64,000 nucleotides of DNA from an uncultured Mycobacterium sp. (GCA_964525125.1 CAZGGK010000012.1:16533-80532); one strand, 5' to 3'; shown: positions 21,536-34,652, counted from the stretch's first letter. A program made the numbers and translations. The notes: generated by a model from the letters alone, not told the origin.

Positions 21536-24500
21536 CCGCCCAGGCAGCCCGGGCCCAGCAGCGCCTTGAGGTCACCCATCAGCGCCGAGGACGGCGTCAC
21601 CCGCAGCGCGGCGTCCAGTTCCAGCACCGTGATCCGGTCCCCGCTGATCAGCCGCAGATGCACCTGAGAGGTCCCGGGGTGCCGCGCCAGCACCTGCTTG
21701 AGCGCGGTGACCTTGTCGATGGTGCACTGCCGGGTGGGCAGGCTGACCGCCAGCGGCCGGTCCGGTGTGGCATTGGTGAAGTCGGGCACCGCGAGCTCGT
21801 TGGCGATCAGCGAGATCCGGTCGTCGCGGATCGCCACCTTGGCGCTGATGAGCACCACCGCGTCGTCGGCGACCTCGGCCCCGTAGGCGGAGTAGGTGTG
21901 CGGGAAGAACATCACCTCGATGCCGCCGCTGAGATCCTCCAACTGCGCTGACGCCCAGGGCATCCCGTTCTTGTTCACCCGACGGCTGACCGAGGCCAGG
22001 ATGCCGCCGACCCGCACCTGGGTGTCGTTGGCGACATCGCCGTCCAGGATCGCCGGGATCGCGGTGTCGGTCTGCGCGGCCAGCAGGTGCGCGACCCCGT
22101 TGAGCGGATGCCCGGATACGTAGAGCCCCAGCATCTCCCGCTCCAGGGCCAGCTTGTGCTTGTCGACCCACTCTTCGTCGGGCACCTTGATGCCGAAGAC
22201 CGAGGCGGACTCCCCGGCATCGGCTTCGGTGCCGCCGAACAGGTCGAACTGGCCGATCGCCTCGGCCTTCTTGGTACCCAGCACCGAGTCGACGGCGTCG
22301 GTGTGCACCAGGAACAGCCCCTTGCGCGGATGGCCCAGCGAGTCGAACGCCCCGGCCTTGATCAGCGATTCGGTGACCTTCTTGTTGCAGGCCGCGATGT
22401 CGACCTTGTTGAGGTAGTCCGAGAAATCGGTGTATCTGCCCTTGGCCGTGCGGGTCTCGATCAGCGAGGCCACCACGTTTGCGCCCACATTGCGGACCGC
22501 GCCCAGCCCGTAGCGGATGTCGGCCCCGACCGAGGCGAAGTTCAGGCCGGACTCGTTGACGTCGGGCGGCAGCACCGTGATGCCCAGCCGGCGGCAGTCG
22601 CTCAGGTAGACGGCGGCCTTGTCCTTGTCGTCGCCGACCGAGGTCAGCAGCCCGGCCATGTACTCGGCCGGGTAGTTCGCCTTGAGGTAGGCGGTCCAGT
22701 AGGACACCAGGCCGTACCCGGCGGCGTGCGACTTGTTGAACGCGTAACCGGCGAACGGCAGCACGGTGTCCCACAGCGCCTTGATCGCCGCGGCCGAGAA
22801 ACCGCCTGCCTGCATGCCCGCCGAGAAGCCCTCGAACTCGGCCTCGAGCACCTCGGCCTTCTTCTTGCCCATGGCCTTTCGCAGAATGTCGGCTCTTGCC
22901 AGCGAGTAGCCGGCCACCTTCTGCGCGATCCGCATGATCTGTTCCTGGTAGACGATCAGGCCGTAGGTTTCGGCGAGGATGTCGGCCAGCGGCTCGGCGA
23001 GTTCCGGGTGGATCGGTTTGACGGCCTGGCGGCCGTTCTTGCGGTCGGCGTAGTCGTTGTGCGCGTTCTGCCCCATCGGGCCGGGCCGGTACAGCGCGAG
23101 CACCGCGACGATGTCGGCGAAACCGGTGGGCTGCATACGGCGCAGCAGGTCGCGCATCGGCCCGCCGTCGAGCTGGAACACCCCCAGGGTGTCGCCGCGG
23201 CCGAGCAGCTGGTAGGTCGCCGGGTCATCCAGCGACAGCGACTCCAGGTCCAGATCGACGCCCCTGTTGGCTTTGATGTTCTCGATGGCGTCGCCGATGA
23301 TGGTCAGGTTGCGCAGGCCCAGGAAGTCCATCTTCAGCAGGCCGATCGCCTCGCACGACGGGTAGTCCCAGCCGGTGATGATCGCCCCGTCCTGTGGGCG
23401 CTTCCACAGCGGGATGGCCTCGGTGAGCGGCTCACTGCTCATGATCACCGCGCAGGCGTGCACCCCCGCGTTGCGGACCAGGCCCTCCAGTCCGAGCGCG
23501 GTCTGGTAGATGGTGCGCACGTCGGGGTCGGTGTCGATCAGCGCGCGCACCTCGGCGGCTTCCTTGTACCGCTCGTGGCCGGGGTCGGTGATCCCCGACA
23601 GCGGGATGTCCTTGGCCATGATCGGCGGCGGCAGCGCCTTGGTGATCCGGTCGGCGATCGCGAAACCGGGCTGGCCGTAGTGGATGCGGGCCGAGTCCTT
23701 CAGCGCCGCTTTGGTTTTGATGGTTCCAAAGGTGATCACCTGGGCAACCCGGTCGGCGCCCCAGCGTTCGGCGGCGTAGCGCACCATCTCGCCGCGCCGC
23801 CGGTCGTCGAAGTCGATGTCGATATCGGGCATCGACGTGCGTTCGGGGTTGAGGAACCGCTCGAACAGCAGCCCGTGCGGGATCGGATCGATGTCGGTGA
23901 TCCGCATCGCGTAGGCGACCAGCGACCCGGCCGCCGAACCCCGGCCCGGGCCGACCCGGATGTCGACGGAGCGGGCGTAGTTGATCAGGTCGGCGACAAT
24001 CAGGAAGTACGACGGGAAGCCGGCGTTGCAGATCACCTCGATCTCGTAGTCGGCGCGTTCGGCGTAGCCGGCGGGCACCCCGGCGGGGAACCGCCGGGCC
24101 AGCCCGTTCTCCACCTCGTGCCGCAGCCACGACGACGGGTCGTGTCCGTCGGGCACCGGGAAGACCGGCATCCGGTTGCGCGGGGTCCAGACGTCGGCGT
24201 AGGACTGCACGCGCTCGGCGATCACCAGGGTGGCGTCGCAGGCGCCGGGCAGCTCGTCGTCCCAGAGCGCCCGCATCTCCGCGGCCGACTTCAGGTAGTA
24301 GCCGTCGCCGTCGAAGCGGAACCGGTTCGGATCCGAGAGCGTCTTGCCGGTCTGCACGCAGAGCAGCGCCTCGTGGTTCTGCGCGGCGTCGCGGGTGACG
24401 TAGTGGCAGTCGTTGGTGGCCAGCGGTGGAATGCCCAGTTTGCGGCCGATCTCCAGCAGCCCCTCGCGCACCCGCCGCTCGATGGACAGCCCGTGGTCCA

Positions 24501-25083
24501 TCAGCTCCAGGAAATAGTTCTCGGCGCCGAAGATCTCCCGCCATTTGGCCGCCGATTCCAGCGCCTCGGTGTCCTGGCCGAGCCGCAGCCGGGTCTGCAC
24601 CTCCCCCGACGGGCAGCCGGTGGTGGCGATGATGCCGGCGGCGTGTTCGGCGACCAGTTCGCCGTCCATCCGGGCCCACTTGCCCAGCTGCCCCTCGAAG
24701 GAGGCCAGCGACGTCAGCTTGAACAGGTTGCGCAGGCCGGTGGCGTTCTCGGCGACCATGGTCAGGTGGGTGTAGGAGCCGCTGCCCGACACGTCGTCGC
24801 TCTTCTGGCCGGGGTCACCCCAGAGGATCCGGCGGGTGTCAAACCGAGAAGCGGGAGCGACGTACGCCTCCACCCCGATGATCGGCTTGATCCCCACCTT
24901 GGTGGCAGCAGAAAAGAACTCGCTGGCGCCGAACATGTTTCCGTGGTCGGTCATGCCGACGGCGGGCATCTCCAGCCGTTGCGCCTCGGCCAGCATCGGG
25001 GTGATCTTGGCTGCACCGTCCAGCATCGAGTACTCGGTGTGGTTGTGCAGGTGCACGAACGACCCGGATGAATAACCGCCCAT
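21532..25083 (-). CDS. dnaE1: DNA polymerase III alpha subunit
   Basis: [16 protein letters not shown] domain, [22 protein letters not shown]. Confidence 0.97.
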   Translation of the reverse strand: MGGYSSGSFVHLHNHTEYSMLDGAAKITPMLAEAQRLEMPAVGMTDHGNMFGASEFFSAATKVGIKPIIGVEAYVAPASRFDTRRILWGDPGQKSDDVSGSGSYTHLTMVAENATGLRNLFKLTSLASFEGQLGKWARMDGELVAEHAAGIIATTGCPSGEVQTRLRLGQDTEALESAAKWREIFGAENYFLELMDHGLSIERRVREGLLEIGRKLGIPPLATNDCHYVTRDAAQNHEALLCVQTGKTLSDPNRFRFDGDGYYLKSAAEMRALWDDELPGACDATLVIAERVQSYADVWTPRNRMPVFPVPDGHDPSSWLRHEVENGLARRFPAGVPAGYAERADYEIEVICNAGFPSYFLIVADLINYARSVDIRVGPGRGSAAGSLVAYAMRITDIDPIPHGLLFERFLNPERTSMPDIDIDFDDRRRGEMVRYAAERWGADRVAQVITFGTIKTKAALKDSARIHYGQPGFAIADRITKALPPPIMAKDIPLSGITDPGHERYKEAAEVRALIDTDPDVRTIYQTALGLEGLVRNAGVHACAVIMSSEPLTEAIPLWKRPQDGAIITGWDYPSCEAIGLLKMDFLGLRNLTIIGDAIENIKANRGVDLDLESLSLDDPATYQLLGRGDTLGVFQLDGGPMRDLLRRMQPTGFADIVAVLALYRPGPMGQNAHNDYADRKNGRQAVKPIHPELAEPLADILAETYGLIVYQEQIMRIAQKVAGYSLARADILRKAMGKKKAEVLEAEFEGFSAGMQAGGFSAAAIKALWDTVLPFAGYAFNKSHAAGYGLVSYWTAYLKANYPAEYMAGLLTSVGDDKDKAAVYLSDCRRLGITVLPPDVNESGLNFASVGADIRYGLGAVRNVGANVVASLIETRTAKGRYTDFSDYLNKVDIAACNKKVTESLIKAGAFDSLGHPRKGLFLVHTDAVDSVLGTKKAEAIGQFDLFGGTEADAGESASVFGIKVPDEEWVDKHKLALEREMLGLYVSGHPLNGVAHLLAAQTDTAIPAILDGDVANDTQVRVGGILASVSRRVNKNGMPWASAQLEDLSGGIEVMFFPHTYSAYGAEVADDAVVLISAKVAIRDDRISLIANELAVPDFTNATPDRPLAVSLPTRQCTIDKVTALKQVLARHPGTSQVHLRLISGDRITVLELDAALRVTPSSALMGDLKALLGPGCLGG

Positions 25084-25189
25084 AGGACCGCCAGTCTAGG
25101 ACCGGCCACCGACCCGTCTCGGCGTGTCGGCGCGTGTGTCTGCTGATAGCGTTTGCGGGCAGCTGTCGCCCAGAGCCGAGGAGACACAC

Positions 25190-25993
25190 ATGAGCGTCTA
25201 TCGGGCCGGCGACACCCGAAAGTTCGACGACCTGGTGGCCGAGGCCGCCGCAGCTTCCGTCGACGGCTGGGATTTCTCCTGGCTGGACGGCCGCGGGACC
25301 GAGCAGCGCCCGTCGTGGGGGTATCAGCGGCTGCTGAGCCGGCGGTTGGCGGGCGCGTCGGCCGCAGTCGACCTGAACACCGGTGGCGGCGAGGTGCTGG
25401 CCGGTGCGTTGGAAGGCGCCGCCGGCATCGGCGGGGTGCCGCCGACCATGGCGGCCACCGAGTCGTGGCCGCCGAACGCCGCCCGGGCCACCGCGCTACT
25501 GCACCCGCTCGGCGTGGTGCTGGTCGCGGTGCCGGACCGGCCGCCGCTGCCGTTCGCCGACGACGCCTTCGACCTGGTGTCCAGCCGGCACCCGATCGCG
25601 GTGTGGTGGGACGAGGTGGCCCGGGTGCTGCGGCCCGGTGGCAGCTACCTCGGCCAGCACATCGGGCCGGCGACGATGATCGAGCTGACCGAGTTCCTGC
25701 TGGGCCCGATGCCGGGCAAGGGCGCCGAATACGCCCCCGACATTCAGCGCGCCGAGGCCGAGGCGGCCGGCCTGGAGGTTCTCGACGTGCGGCTGGAACG
25801 GCTGCGCGCGGAGTTCTTCGACATCGGCGCCGTGGTCTATTTCCTGCGCAAGGTGATCTGGACGGTCCCGGACTTCACCGTGGAACGCTTTGCCACCCGG
25901 CTGCGCGAACTGCACGACGTGATCGAGGCCGACGGCGCCTTCGTCGCCACTTCCACCCGGGTGCTCGTCGAGGCCCGGCTCCCCCGCGATTGA
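25190..25993 (+). CDS. Class I SAM-dependent methyltransferase
   Basis: GAGGAG RBS; GWDFSWL, DLNTGGGE, LPFADDAFDLV, VLRPGG. Confidence 0.85.
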   Translation: MSVYRAGDTRKFDDLVAEAAAASVDGWDFSWLDGRGTEQRPSWGYQRLLSRRLAGASAAVDLNTGGGEVLAGALEGAAGIGGVPPTMAATESWPPNAARATALLHPLGVVLVAVPDRPPLPFADDAFDLVSSRHPIAVWWDEVARVLRPGGSYLGQHIGPATMIELTEFLLGPMPGKGAEYAPDIQRAEAEAAGLEVLDVRLERLRAEFFDIGAVVYFLRKVIWTVPDFTVERFATRLRELHDVIEADGAFVATSTRVLVEARLPRD

Positions 25994-26047
25994 CTCTGCG
26001 CCGGCCAGGGGGTCCACTCGCACTTTCACGTGGTGGACGCAGAGTCA
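25991..26047. terminator. Inverted repeat between convergent genes (bidirectional terminator or REP-like)
   Basis: TGACTCTGCG (25991-26000) pairs with CGCAGAGTCA (26038-26047), flanked by CCCCCGC/GCGGGGG. Confidence 0.55.
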
Positions 26048-26060
26048 GCGGGGGGACTGG

Positions 26061-26981
26061 TCAGCGGCGCAGCACATCCAGGGCGTGCTGCAGGTCCGGC
26101 GGGTACTCGCTGGTGATCTCGACACTCCGGCCGTCGGCGGGGTGCGCGAACGTCAGCGACTTCGCGTGCAGCCATTGGCGTTGAAGGCCAAGCCTTTTCG
26201 CCAGGGTCGGATCGGCGCCGTAGGTCGGGTCGCCGCAGCACGGGTGCCGGATCGCGGCGAAGTGCACCCGGATCTGGTGGGTGCGGCCGGTCTCCAGGTG
26301 AATATCGAGCAGGCTGGCGGCCTGAAACGCCTCCAGCGTGTCGTAGTGGGTGATGCTGTGCCGGCCGCCGGCAGTGACGGCGAACTTCCAGTCGGGCCCG
26401 TGGTGGCGGCCGATGGGCGCGTCGATGGTGCCGCTGGACGGATCGGGGTGGCCCTGCACAAGTGCGTGGTAGCGCTTCTCGACGGTGCGCTGTTTGAAGG
26501 CACGCTTGAGCACGGTGTAGGCCCGCTCGGAGCGAGCCACCACCATCACCCCCGAGGTGCCGACGTCGAGGCGCTGCACGATGCCCTGGCGCTCCGGCAC
26601 GCCGGAAGTGGTGATCCGGTAGCCCAGAGCGGCCAGCCCGCCCAGCACCGTGGGGCCGGTCCAGCCCACCGACGCGTGCGCCGCCACCCAGGGCGGCTTG
26701 TCGACGGCGACGATGTCGTCGTCGGCGTACAGGATCGTCATGCCCTCGACCTCGTCGGGAACGTTGCGCACCGGCGCGGGCGGCTCGGGCAGCCGCACCT
26801 GGAGCCAGGCACCGGCCGTCAGCCGATCGGATTTGCCCGCGCGCGCACCGTCCAGTTCCACATCGCCGCTCTCGGCCAGCGCCGCGGCCGCCGTCCGCGA
26901 CAGGCCCAGCAGCCGGGCCAGCCCGGCGTCGACCCGCATGCCCGCCAGCCCGTCGGGGACGGGCATCGAACGGTCGGTCAC
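26061..26981 (-). CDS. RluA/RluD-family pseudouridine synthase
   Basis: S4 domain, [27 protein letters not shown] overlap with lspA. Confidence 0.93.
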   Translation of the reverse strand: MTDRSMPVPDGLAGMRVDAGLARLLGLSRTAAAALAESGDVELDGARAGKSDRLTAGAWLQVRLPEPPAPVRNVPDEVEGMTILYADDDIVAVDKPPWVAAHASVGWTGPTVLGGLAALGYRITTSGVPERQGIVQRLDVGTSGVMVVARSERAYTVLKRAFKQRTVEKRYHALVQGHPDPSSGTIDAPIGRHHGPDWKFAVTAGGRHSITHYDTLEAFQAASLLDIHLETGRTHQIRVHFAAIRHPCCGDPTYGADPTLAKRLGLQRQWLHAKSLTFAHPADGRSVEITSEYPPDLQHALDVLRR

Positions 26982-27559
26982 TCTTGCTCGCCGGGCCGGT
27001 GCCGCCCGGCGGTGTCGAAGTCGTAACCGAACACCGACAGCACGACCAGCAGCGCGGCCCCGACCACGACCGCCGGATCGGCGACGTTGAACACCGGCCA
27101 CCAGCCGACCGACAGGAAGTCCACCACGTGGCCGCGCAGCGGACCGGGCGCCCGGAAGAACCGGTCCACCAGGTTGCCCAGCGCCCCGCCGAGGATCATC
27201 CCCAGCCCGACCGCCCACCACGGCGACACCAGCCGGCGCCCCATCCAGACGATGCCGATCACCACACCGGTCGCGATCAGCGTCAGCACCCAGGTGTAGC
27301 TGGTGGCCATCGAGAAGGCGGCACCGGAGTTGCGCACCAGCGTCCAGGTCACCGTGTCGCCGATGATCGACACCGGCTGGCCGGGGGTGAGCAGCTTCAC
27401 GGCCAGCACCTTGGTGGCGATGTCCAGGGCCAGCACGAACGCGGCGACCGACAGCAGCAACCGCAGCCGGCGCCGCGGCGCGGGCGCTTCGGCCTTCGCC
27501 GCTACTTCTGCCGCCGGCTCGGCCGCGTCGGTCGTTTCCTCGGTCACGTCCCCCATCAT
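26978..27559 (-). CDS. lspA: Lipoprotein signal peptidase II
   Basis: NSGAAFS, GNLVDR, VVDF, FNVAD. Confidence 0.95.
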   Translation of the reverse strand: MMGDVTEETTDAAEPAAEVAAKAEAPAPRRRLRLLLSVAAFVLALDIATKVLAVKLLTPGQPVSIIGDTVTWTLVRNSGAAFSMATSYTWVLTLIATGVVIGIVWMGRRLVSPWWAVGLGMILGGALGNLVDRFFRAPGPLRGHVVDFLSVGWWPVFNVADPAVVVGAALLVVLSVFGYDFDTAGRHRPGEQE

Positions 27560-27589
27560 CCCTTAGCGCGGATGCGGCATGATCGCGGC

Positions 27590-28525
27590 ATGACCAGCCT
27601 GACCGTCATCACCACCGGCGGGACCATCGCCACCAGCGCCGGCGACGACGGGGTCCGCCGGCCCACCCGCAGCGGTGCGGACCTGATCGCGGGGCTGGGG
27701 GCCGGGCCGTCGGTCGAGGTGATCGACCTGATGTCGGTGGACAGCTCGGAGCTGACCCCGACCGACTGGGACCGGATCGCCGCGGCGGTGCGAACGGCGG
27801 TGGACCGGGGCGCCGACGGCGTCGTCGTCACCCACGGCACCGACACGCTGGAGGAGACCGCGCTCTGGCTGGAGCTGACCTACGGCGGCGACGCCCCGGT
27901 CGTGCTGACCGGGGCGCAGCGCGGCGCGGACGCCCCGGACGCCGACGGACCGGGAAATCTGGCCGATGCGCTGACACTGGCGGGGAGCCCGGCCGCCCGC
28001 GGTATCGGGGTGCTGGTGTGCTTCGCCGGCCGGGTGCTGACCCCGTTGGGCCTGCAGAAAACGGCCACCCGGGATCTCACCGGGTTCACCGGCGAGCTGC
28101 TGGGCCGGGTCACCGGCGGCGAGATCGCGCTGACCGGCAAGAAGGCCAGGCCCGGTCTCGGTGAGCTGACTGCGGGGCCGCGGGTGGACATCGTCGCACT
28201 GTATGCCGGCGCCGACGCGGTCGCCCTGGACGCCTGCGCGGCCGCGGGTGCGCGCGCCGTGGTGCTGGAGGCGCTGGGCTCGGGCAATGCCGGGAGCGCG
28301 GTGATCGACGCGGTGCACCGGCACTGCCGGGACGGGCTGGTGGTCGCGGTGTCCAGCCGGGTGCCGGGCGGGCGGATCGGCCCCGACTACGGGCCGGGCC
28401 GGGCGCTGGTCGACGCCGGGGCGATCACGGTGCCGCGGCTGCGGCCCGCGCAGGCGCGGGTGCTGGTGATGGCCGCGCTGGCAGCGGGACGCCCGGTCGA
28501 CGAGGTCATTGCACGGTGGGGCTGA
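27590..28525 (+). CDS. ansA: L-asparaginase
   Basis: [21 protein letters not shown]. Confidence 0.93.
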   Translation: MTSLTVITTGGTIATSAGDDGVRRPTRSGADLIAGLGAGPSVEVIDLMSVDSSELTPTDWDRIAAAVRTAVDRGADGVVVTHGTDTLEETALWLELTYGGDAPVVLTGAQRGADAPDADGPGNLADALTLAGSPAARGIGVLVCFAGRVLTPLGLQKTATRDLTGFTGELLGRVTGGEIALTGKKARPGLGELTAGPRVDIVALYAGADAVALDACAAAGARAVVLEALGSGNAGSAVIDAVHRHCRDGLVVAVSSRVPGGRIGPDYGPGRALVDAGAITVPRLRPAQARVLVMAALAAGRPVDEVIARWG

Positions 28526-29882
28526 TCGCTTCGGTCTCGTGGGCCCGCAGACCGGCGACGTAGACCGGCCAGTCCAGGCTGTCGACCGGGTCCGCGGCAC
28601 CGAGTTCGCCGGTGTCCACCGCAAAGGTGCGAGCCCGGCCCGGCCCGGTACCGCGGGTCTCGAACCGCACCGTGACCACCCCGTGGCCGGCGCCCTGCAC
28701 CCAACCGTGCCCGAACCGCGGGTGGGCGACGTCGTCGCCCACCCGCCAGCTGTTGTCCGGCGGGGCCGGCGGCGTGCCGCCCGGTTCATGGGTCTCCGAG
28801 GGCTCCGGCACCAGCTCCGGGGCGGGGAACAGCGGCTCCTGGCGCACCTCGGTCAGCCCGGAGAACCCCACCCCGAGCAGCCGGACGGGCCCGATCTGCA
28901 GCGGGTCGAGCAGCAGCCGGTGGGCCGCGGCGATCAACGCGGCGGCGTCGGCGGTCGGGTACGGCAGGGTCGACGAACGGGTCAGGATGCTCATGTCGGC
29001 CTTCTTGAACTTCACCGTGACGGTCCGGGCGCCGCGGCCGTCGCGCAGCAACCGCCGGTAGGCGTGCTCGCCGATCGGGCCGATGACCTCGCGCAGCTGT
29101 TCCAGGGTGGTCAGATCGACGGCGAACGTCGACTCGGCGCTGATCTGCTTGGCCTCGGCGCGCTCCTGGACCGGGCGGTCGTCGATGCCGCGGGCCAGCC
29201 GGTGCAGGGCGACACCGACCGAGGCCCCCAGGATGCCGGTCACCTCGGCGTCGGTCAGTGCGGCGAACTCGCCGATGGTCTCGATGCCCAGCCGGTGCAG
29301 CTTCTCCTCGGCGACCGGTCCGATGCCCCACAGCCGGCGTACCGGCAGCCCGGCCAGCAGGGTCCGCTCTTCGGCGCGCCGCACCACCTGGATGCCGTCC
29401 GGTTTGGCCAGGTCCGATGCGATCTTGGCGACCTGCTTGCCCGAACCGGCCCCCACCGAGGCGACCAGGCCGGTCTGCTCACGCACCCGCTGCCGCAGCT
29501 CCTCGCAGAAGCGCTCCACGTCGGCCGCCGACACCCCGGCCAGCTCGGCCGGCTCGCCGAACGCCTCATCGAAGGAGAGCTGCTCGAGGACCGGAATCAG
29601 CGTGCGGACCGTCTCGAACACCCGACGGCTGGCCACCCCGTACACCGCGCCGCGCGGGGGCAGCACCACCGCCGCCGCGCCGACCAGCCGGCGGGCCTGG
29701 TGCATCGGCATCGCCGAGCGGGCGCCGAACACCCGCGCCTCATAGCTGGCGCCGGCCACCACACCCCGCCCGCCGAGCCCGCCGACCAGCACCGGCCGGC
29801 CGCGCAGCGTCGGGCGGGTGAGTTGCTCGACGGAGGCGAAGAACGCGTCCATGTCCAGGTGCAGGACCCAGCGGGACTCCAC
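28506..29882 (-). CDS. dinX: DNA polymerase IV (DinB1)
   Basis: [27 protein letters not shown]-terminal extension. Confidence 0.93.
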   Translation of the reverse strand: MESRWVLHLDMDAFFASVEQLTRPTLRGRPVLVGGLGGRGVVAGASYEARVFGARSAMPMHQARRLVGAAAVVLPPRGAVYGVASRRVFETVRTLIPVLEQLSFDEAFGEPAELAGVSAADVERFCEELRQRVREQTGLVASVGAGSGKQVAKIASDLAKPDGIQVVRRAEERTLLAGLPVRRLWGIGPVAEEKLHRLGIETIGEFAALTDAEVTGILGASVGVALHRLARGIDDRPVQERAEAKQISAESTFAVDLTTLEQLREVIGPIGEHAYRRLLRDGRGARTVTVKFKKADMSILTRSSTLPYPTADAAALIAAAHRLLLDPLQIGPVRLLGVGFSGLTEVRQEPLFPAPELVPEPSETHEPGGTPPAPPDNSWRVGDDVAHPRFGHGWVQGAGHGVVTVRFETRGTGPGRARTFAVDTGELGAADPVDSLDWPVYVAGLRAHETEAISPTVQ

Positions 29883-29915
29883 AACCGTCGATGCTATTGG
29901 GCTAGCGTTGGCCGC

Positions 29916-30482
29916 ATGCCGATGAACCTGCTGCACCGCAGATGTTGCAGTTCGGATCGCTGGGCCAGGCAGGTCGAGGACGAGATGATCCCGTGGGCAC
30001 TGGCCGGGCTGGACCTGGGCGACGACGTGCTGGAACTCGGGCCGGGTTACGGTGCGAACCTGCGGGTGCTGGCCGGGCGCGCCGCGCACTACACGGCGGT
30101 GGAGATCGACCCGACGCTGGCCGCGCGGCTGCAGAGCCGCTACGGCTCCCGTGCCAGGATCATCCACGGCGACGGCACCGACACCGGCCTGCCCGATGCG
30201 GAGTTCAGCGCGGTCGTGTGTTTCACCATGCTGCACCACGTTCCGACGCCGGCATTGCAGGATCGGTTGTTCGCCGAGGCGCTGCGGGTGTTGCGGACCG
30301 GCGGGGTGTTCGCCGGCAGCGACGCGGTGCCGTCGCTGCGGCTTCGGGTGGTGCACTTCCGCGACACCTACAACCCGGTCTCGCCCGACACCCTGCCGGA
30401 TCGGCTGCGCCGAGCCGGGTTCGGCGAGGTGCGCATCGACACCCGCGACGGCCGCCAGCGCTGGCGAGCCGTCAAGCCTTAG
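29916..30482 (+). CDS. Class I SAM-dependent methyltransferase
   Basis: [29 protein letters not shown]. Confidence 0.85.
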   Translation: MPMNLLHRRCCSSDRWARQVEDEMIPWALAGLDLGDDVLELGPGYGANLRVLAGRAAHYTAVEIDPTLAARLQSRYGSRARIIHGDGTDTGLPDAEFSAVVCFTMLHHVPTPALQDRLFAEALRVLRTGGVFAGSDAVPSLRLRVVHFRDTYNPVSPDTLPDRLRRAGFGEVRIDTRDGRQRWRAVKP

Positions 30483-33400
30483 CGATCGCCACCCGCACCC
30501 CGTCGCCGAGCTCCGCGGCGGACGGCCCGGGTTCGCCGAATTCGAAACCGGTGGCCAGGATCTCACCGGCGATCAGCTCCCGGTGCGTATGCGCCCATTC
30601 CGCACGCTCCGCGGGCACCGACATCACCACACTGATCCGGTCGGAGACGTCCAGACCGGTCGACTTGCGCAGTTCCTGCAGTTCCCGGATGCGGTCCTTG
30701 GCCCAGCCTTCGGCTTCCAGCTCCGCGGTGACCGTGCCGTCGAGCACCACCAGGCCGGCGCCGTCGGGCAGTGCCGCGGTGAACTCCGGTTCGGCGGCCA
30801 CCAGTTTGGTGGTGTATTCGCCGGGCTGCAGCAGCGCCGGGCCGGCACTCAGCGTGCCGTCGGGGTTGACGACGCCCTCCCCCGCTTTGACCGCCCTGAT
30901 CGCGGCCTGCACGTCTTTGCCCAGCCGCGGGCCGGCCGCCTTCGCGTTGACCGCAAGCTCGAAGCGCCCGTAGCGGTCGATGTCGCCGGTGAGCTCCACG
31001 GCTTTGACGTTGAGTTCGTCGGCGATCAGGTCGGCGAACGGCGCCAGCCGCTGCGGATCGTCCACCGCCACCGTGAGCCCGGCCAGCGGCAGCCGGACCC
31101 GCAGCTTGTGCGCCTTGCGTAACGCGGAGGCCGACGAGCACACCTCGCGGACCTGGTCCATCGCCGCGACCAGCTCGGGGTCCTTCGGCACCGTGCCCGG
31201 TTGCGGCCAGTCGGTCAGGTGCACCGAACGCTCGCCGGTCAGGCCGCGCCAGATCACCTCGGTGATCAGCGGCAGCAGCGGGGCGGCCAGCCGGGCCGTG
31301 ACCTCCAGCACGGTGTGCAGGGTGTCGATGGCGTCGGCGTCCTCGTCCCAGAACCGCTGCCGGGAACGCCGCACGTACCAGTTGGTCAGCGCCTCGGTGA
31401 ACTGCCGCAGTTCCTCACAGGCGCCGGAGATGTCGCAGGAATCCAGCGCGCCGGTGAGCCGGTCGCGCAGCACGGCCAGTTTGGCCAGAATGTAGCGGTC
31501 CAGCACATGCGGTGAATCGGTGCGCCAGGCGCCGACTTTCGGTGCGTACAGGGCCAGGAAGCTGTAGGCGTTCCACAGCGGCAGCAGCACCTGGCGGACC
31601 CCTTCGCGGATGCCCGGTTCGGTGACGATCAGGTTGCCGCCGCGCAGGATCGGCGATGCCATCAGGAACCACCGCATGGCGTCGGAGCCGTCGCGGTCGA
31701 AAACCTCGGTCACGTCGGGGTAGTTGCGCAGCGACTTGCTCATCTTCTGCCCGTCGCTGCCCAGCACGATCCCGTGCGCCACACAGGTTTTGAATGCGGG
31801 CCGGTCGAACAGCGCGGTGGCCAGCACGTGCAGGGTGTAGAACCAGCCGCGGGTCTGGCCGATGTACTCGACGATGAAATCGCCCGGGTAGTGTGCGGCG
31901 ACCCGCTTGTCGGGGTCGGCGCCGCCGGCGCCGAGGAACCATTCCGCGTTCTCGAACGGGTAGTGCACCTGCGCGTACGGCATCGAACCCGAGTCGAACC
32001 AGACGTCGAGCACGTCGGGGATGCGCCGCATCGTCGAACGCCCGGTGGGATCGTCGGGGTTGGGCCGGGTCAACTCGTCGATGTAGGGCCGGTGCAGGTT
32101 CTCCGGGCGGACCCCGAAATCGCGCTCCAGCTCGTCCAGGCTGCTGTAGACATCGATTCTCGGGTAGGCCGGGTCGTCGGACTTCCACACCGGAATCGGG
32201 GTGCCCCAGTAGCGGTTTCGCGATATCGACCAGTCCCGGGCGCCGGCCAGCCACTTGCCGAACTGGCCGTGCTTGACATGTTCGGGGTACCAGGTTATCT
32301 GCTCGTTGAGCTCGACCATGCGGTCCCGGAATTGCGTGACGCGGACGAACCACGACGAAACCGCCTTGTAGATCAACGGGTTCCGGCAGCGCCAGCAGTG
32401 CGGGTAGGGGTGCTCGTAGGTCTCGTGGCGGAGCAGCACCGCGCCGTTGGCCGCGGCCGGGCCGGTGCCGTTCTTGAGGTCGGCGATGATCGCCTTGTTC
32501 GCCTCGAAGACGTGCTGGCCCGCGTAATCGGGCACGCTGGCATCGAAGCAGCCCTTGGCGTCGACCGGGGTGACCGCAACGATTCCGGTCGGGTCGGTGG
32601 TGTTCTTGTCGTCCTCGCCATAGGCCGGCGCCAGGTGCACGATGCCGGTGCCGTCCTCGGTGGACACGAAGTCGGCGGCCAGCACCCGGAAACTGTTCGG
32701 CGCGTCGAGGAAGAACGGGAACGGGGGCAGATACCGCACCCCCAGCAGGTCGTTGCCGCGGTAGCTGCCCAGCACCTCGGGATCTTCGCCCAGTTCGCGC
32801 GCGTACGCACCCAGCCGGGACTCGGCCAGCAGGTAACGCCGGTTCCCGGCGGCGACCAGCGCATAGGTCACGCCGGGGTTGACCGCGACGGCCTGGTTGG
32901 ACGGCAGCGTCCACGGGGTGGTGGTCCAGACCAGCAGGTGCGCCCCGGCGAGTTCCCCCTGCAGAATCCGGAATCCGACCGTCAGCGCCGGGTCCTGCCG
33001 GCTCTGGTAGACGTCGTCGTCCATCCGCAGTTCGTGGTTGGACAGCGGGGTCTCATCCCGCCAGCAGTACGGCAGCACCCGGTAGCCCTCGTAGGCCAGC
33101 CCCTTCTTCCACAACTGCCCGAACGCCCAGATCACCGACTCCATGAAGGGCAGATCCAGCGTCTTGTAGTCATGCTCGAAGTCGACCCAGCGGGCCTGCC
33201 GGGTGACGTAGGCCTGCCACTCGGCGGTGTAGCGCAGCACCGATTCGCGGCAGGCCTCGTTGAACGCCGCGATACCCATCGCGTCGATCTGGGACTTGCC
33301 GGTGATGCCGAGCTGCCGCTCGACCTCGAGTTCGGCGGGCAGTCCGTGGGTGTCCCAGCCGAAGCGGCGCTCCACCTGGTAACCGCACATGGTGCGATAG

Positions 33401-33624
33401 CGGGGCACGATGTCCTTGACGTAGCCGGTCAGCAGGTGCCCGTAGTGCGGCAGGCCGTTGGCGAACGGCGGCCCGTCGTAGAACACGTACTCCTGCTCGC
33501 CGTCGCGGCGGGCGATGCTGGCCCGGAACGTGTCGTCGGCCGCCCAATAGTCGAGCACCCCGGCTTCCAGCGCCGGAAAGTCCGGGGCGCCGCCGGCCGG
33601 TTTCGGGTAGGCGCTGTGCGTCAA
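30472..33624 (-). CDS. ileS: Isoleucine--tRNA ligase (IleRS2 type)
   Basis: [30 protein letters not shown] start after AGGAG. Confidence 0.97.
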   Translation of the reverse strand: MTHSAYPKPAGGAPDFPALEAGVLDYWAADDTFRASIARRDGEQEYVFYDGPPFANGLPHYGHLLTGYVKDIVPRYRTMCGYQVERRFGWDTHGLPAELEVERQLGITGKSQIDAMGIAAFNEACRESVLRYTAEWQAYVTRQARWVDFEHDYKTLDLPFMESVIWAFGQLWKKGLAYEGYRVLPYCWRDETPLSNHELRMDDDVYQSRQDPALTVGFRILQGELAGAHLLVWTTTPWTLPSNQAVAVNPGVTYALVAAGNRRYLLAESRLGAYARELGEDPEVLGSYRGNDLLGVRYLPPFPFFLDAPNSFRVLAADFVSTEDGTGIVHLAPAYGEDDKNTTDPTGIVAVTPVDAKGCFDASVPDYAGQHVFEANKAIIADLKNGTGPAAANGAVLLRHETYEHPYPHCWRCRNPLIYKAVSSWFVRVTQFRDRMVELNEQITWYPEHVKHGQFGKWLAGARDWSISRNRYWGTPIPVWKSDDPAYPRIDVYSSLDELERDFGVRPENLHRPYIDELTRPNPDDPTGRSTMRRIPDVLDVWFDSGSMPYAQVHYPFENAEWFLGAGGADPDKRVAAHYPGDFIVEYIGQTRGWFYTLHVLATALFDRPAFKTCVAHGIVLGSDGQKMSKSLRNYPDVTEVFDRDGSDAMRWFLMASPILRGGNLIVTEPGIREGVRQVLLPLWNAYSFLALYAPKVGAWRTDSPHVLDRYILAKLAVLRDRLTGALDSCDISGACEELRQFTEALTNWYVRRSRQRFWDEDADAIDTLHTVLEVTARLAAPLLPLITEVIWRGLTGERSVHLTDWPQPGTVPKDPELVAAMDQVREVCSSASALRKAHKLRVRLPLAGLTVAVDDPQRLAPFADLIADELNVKAVELTGDIDRYGRFELAVNAKAAGPRLGKDVQAAIRAVKAGEGVVNPDGTLSAGPALLQPGEYTTKLVAAEPEFTAALPDGAGLVVLDGTVTAELEAEGWAKDRIRELQELRKSTGLDVSDRISVVMSVPAERAEWAHTHRELIAGEILATGFEFGEPGPSAAELGDGVRVAIAKA

Positions 33625-33649
33625 AGGTCTCGTCTCCTGTGCCGGTCCG

Positions 33650-33818
33650 GCCGGGGACGACGACGCGCTTCTCGCGCGAGCACCGCGGTACCACCCCGCT
33701 TGCCGCACCCGCAAGTGCAACCGCTCGACTGCCGGCTGTGACGGGCCTACCCGTTCGGTTCTACTGGGCTGAGTCGCCGTTCTTCCGAAGGCTCCCCGGT
33801 GATGGCCGGATCGACGCC
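33650..33818 (-). promoter_or_regulatory. Actinobacterial translational T-box riboswitch (Ile, AUC specifier)
   Basis: Ultrashort stem I GATCCGGCC-ATC-ACCGGGGAGCC (AUC at 33801-33803), AGTAGAACCG, and T-box AAGCGGGGTGGTACCGCG at 33684-33701. Confidence 0.92.
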
Positions 33819-33824
33819 GCTGTG

Positions 33825-33885
33825 CCGGAGTCTAGAGGCTGACTTGCCCACCCGCCATGCCGGGTGGTCCGGCTCTAGACTCCGG
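33825..33885. promoter_or_regulatory. Palindromic bidirectional promoter region (two identical TAGACT -10 boxes)
   Basis: 13-bp perfect inverted repeat CCGGAGTCTAGAG/CTCTAGACTCCGG with inner CCACCCG/CGGGTGG. Confidence 0.7.
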
Positions 33886-33887
33886 TG

Positions 33888-34643
33888 GTGGCCTTTGACC
33901 CGGTCGCTGCCCGCGACGTGGCCCTGCCGCTGGCGACGGCGGCCTACACGGTGATGGACGGTGGCAAGCCTGCCCTTCCGCCGGGGTTCGCCCAGACCGC
34001 CCTCATCGAGGCGGATGACGCGGTGGTCGCCGCGAAACACCATCCGGCGGTGACGGCGATGGCCAAGGACACCGGCATCTTCGGGCTGATGGGCCACAAC
34101 ATGACCGGCCGGACCGCGTTCCTGTCGTTTCGGGGCAGTTCGGACGTGGCCGACTGGCTCGCCGACCTCGACTTCGCTCCGGCCGGTTATCGGCCGATCA
34201 CCGGGTTCGGCCAGGTGCATGCGGGGTTTCAGGACGTCTACGAATGTGTTCGAGCCGGCATCGCCGCCAACCTGGCCGTTGCGGCGCAGGGCTGCGATCG
34301 GATTCTGGTGACCGGGCACAGCCTCGGCGCCGCGCTGGCCGTGCTGGCCGCACCGGATATCGCCAGAGCGATGCCGCCCAACACCATCGAGCCCAGGCTG
34401 GTCACATTCGCCGGGCCCCGCGCGGGGCTGACCGACTTCGCCGGCGCGTTCGGCGCGGCGATCGAATGCTGTTTCCGGGTGGTGAATTTCCTCGACATCG
34501 TGCCGCTGCTGCCGCCCGCCCCGTATGTGCACGTCGGCACCGGAATCACGGTCGACAGCGGAGGGCCGATCGACGTCGGGTGGCGGCACAGCCTCGCCGC
34601 CTATCGCGACGGACTCTCGGCGCTCATCGCGGCGCGGTCCTGA
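33888..34643 (+). CDS. Class 3 lipase family protein
   Basis: SFRGS, VHAGF, TGHSLG nucleophile, TFAGPR, DIVPLLP; start is GTG 33885 or 33888. Confidence 0.85.
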   Translation: MAFDPVAARDVALPLATAAYTVMDGGKPALPPGFAQTALIEADDAVVAAKHHPAVTAMAKDTGIFGLMGHNMTGRTAFLSFRGSSDVADWLADLDFAPAGYRPITGFGQVHAGFQDVYECVRAGIAANLAVAAQGCDRILVTGHSLGAALAVLAAPDIARAMPPNTIEPRLVTFAGPRAGLTDFAGAFGAAIECCFRVVNFLDIVPLLPPAPYVHVGTGITVDSGGPIDVGWRHSLAAYRDGLSALIAARS

Positions 34644-34652
34644 AGTCCTGCC

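Noticed and set aside
21532..25083. Intein or other insertion in dnaE1
   Set aside because: Length (1183 aa) and motif continuity are typical of uninterrupted DnaE1.
28506..30482. Convergent 3' overlaps (ansA/dinX, methyltransferase/ileS; also bioQ/2H gene, O-methyltransferase/papA5) as antisense control
   Set aside because: Short tail-to-tail overlaps are common in compact high-GC genomes; nothing else supports regulation.
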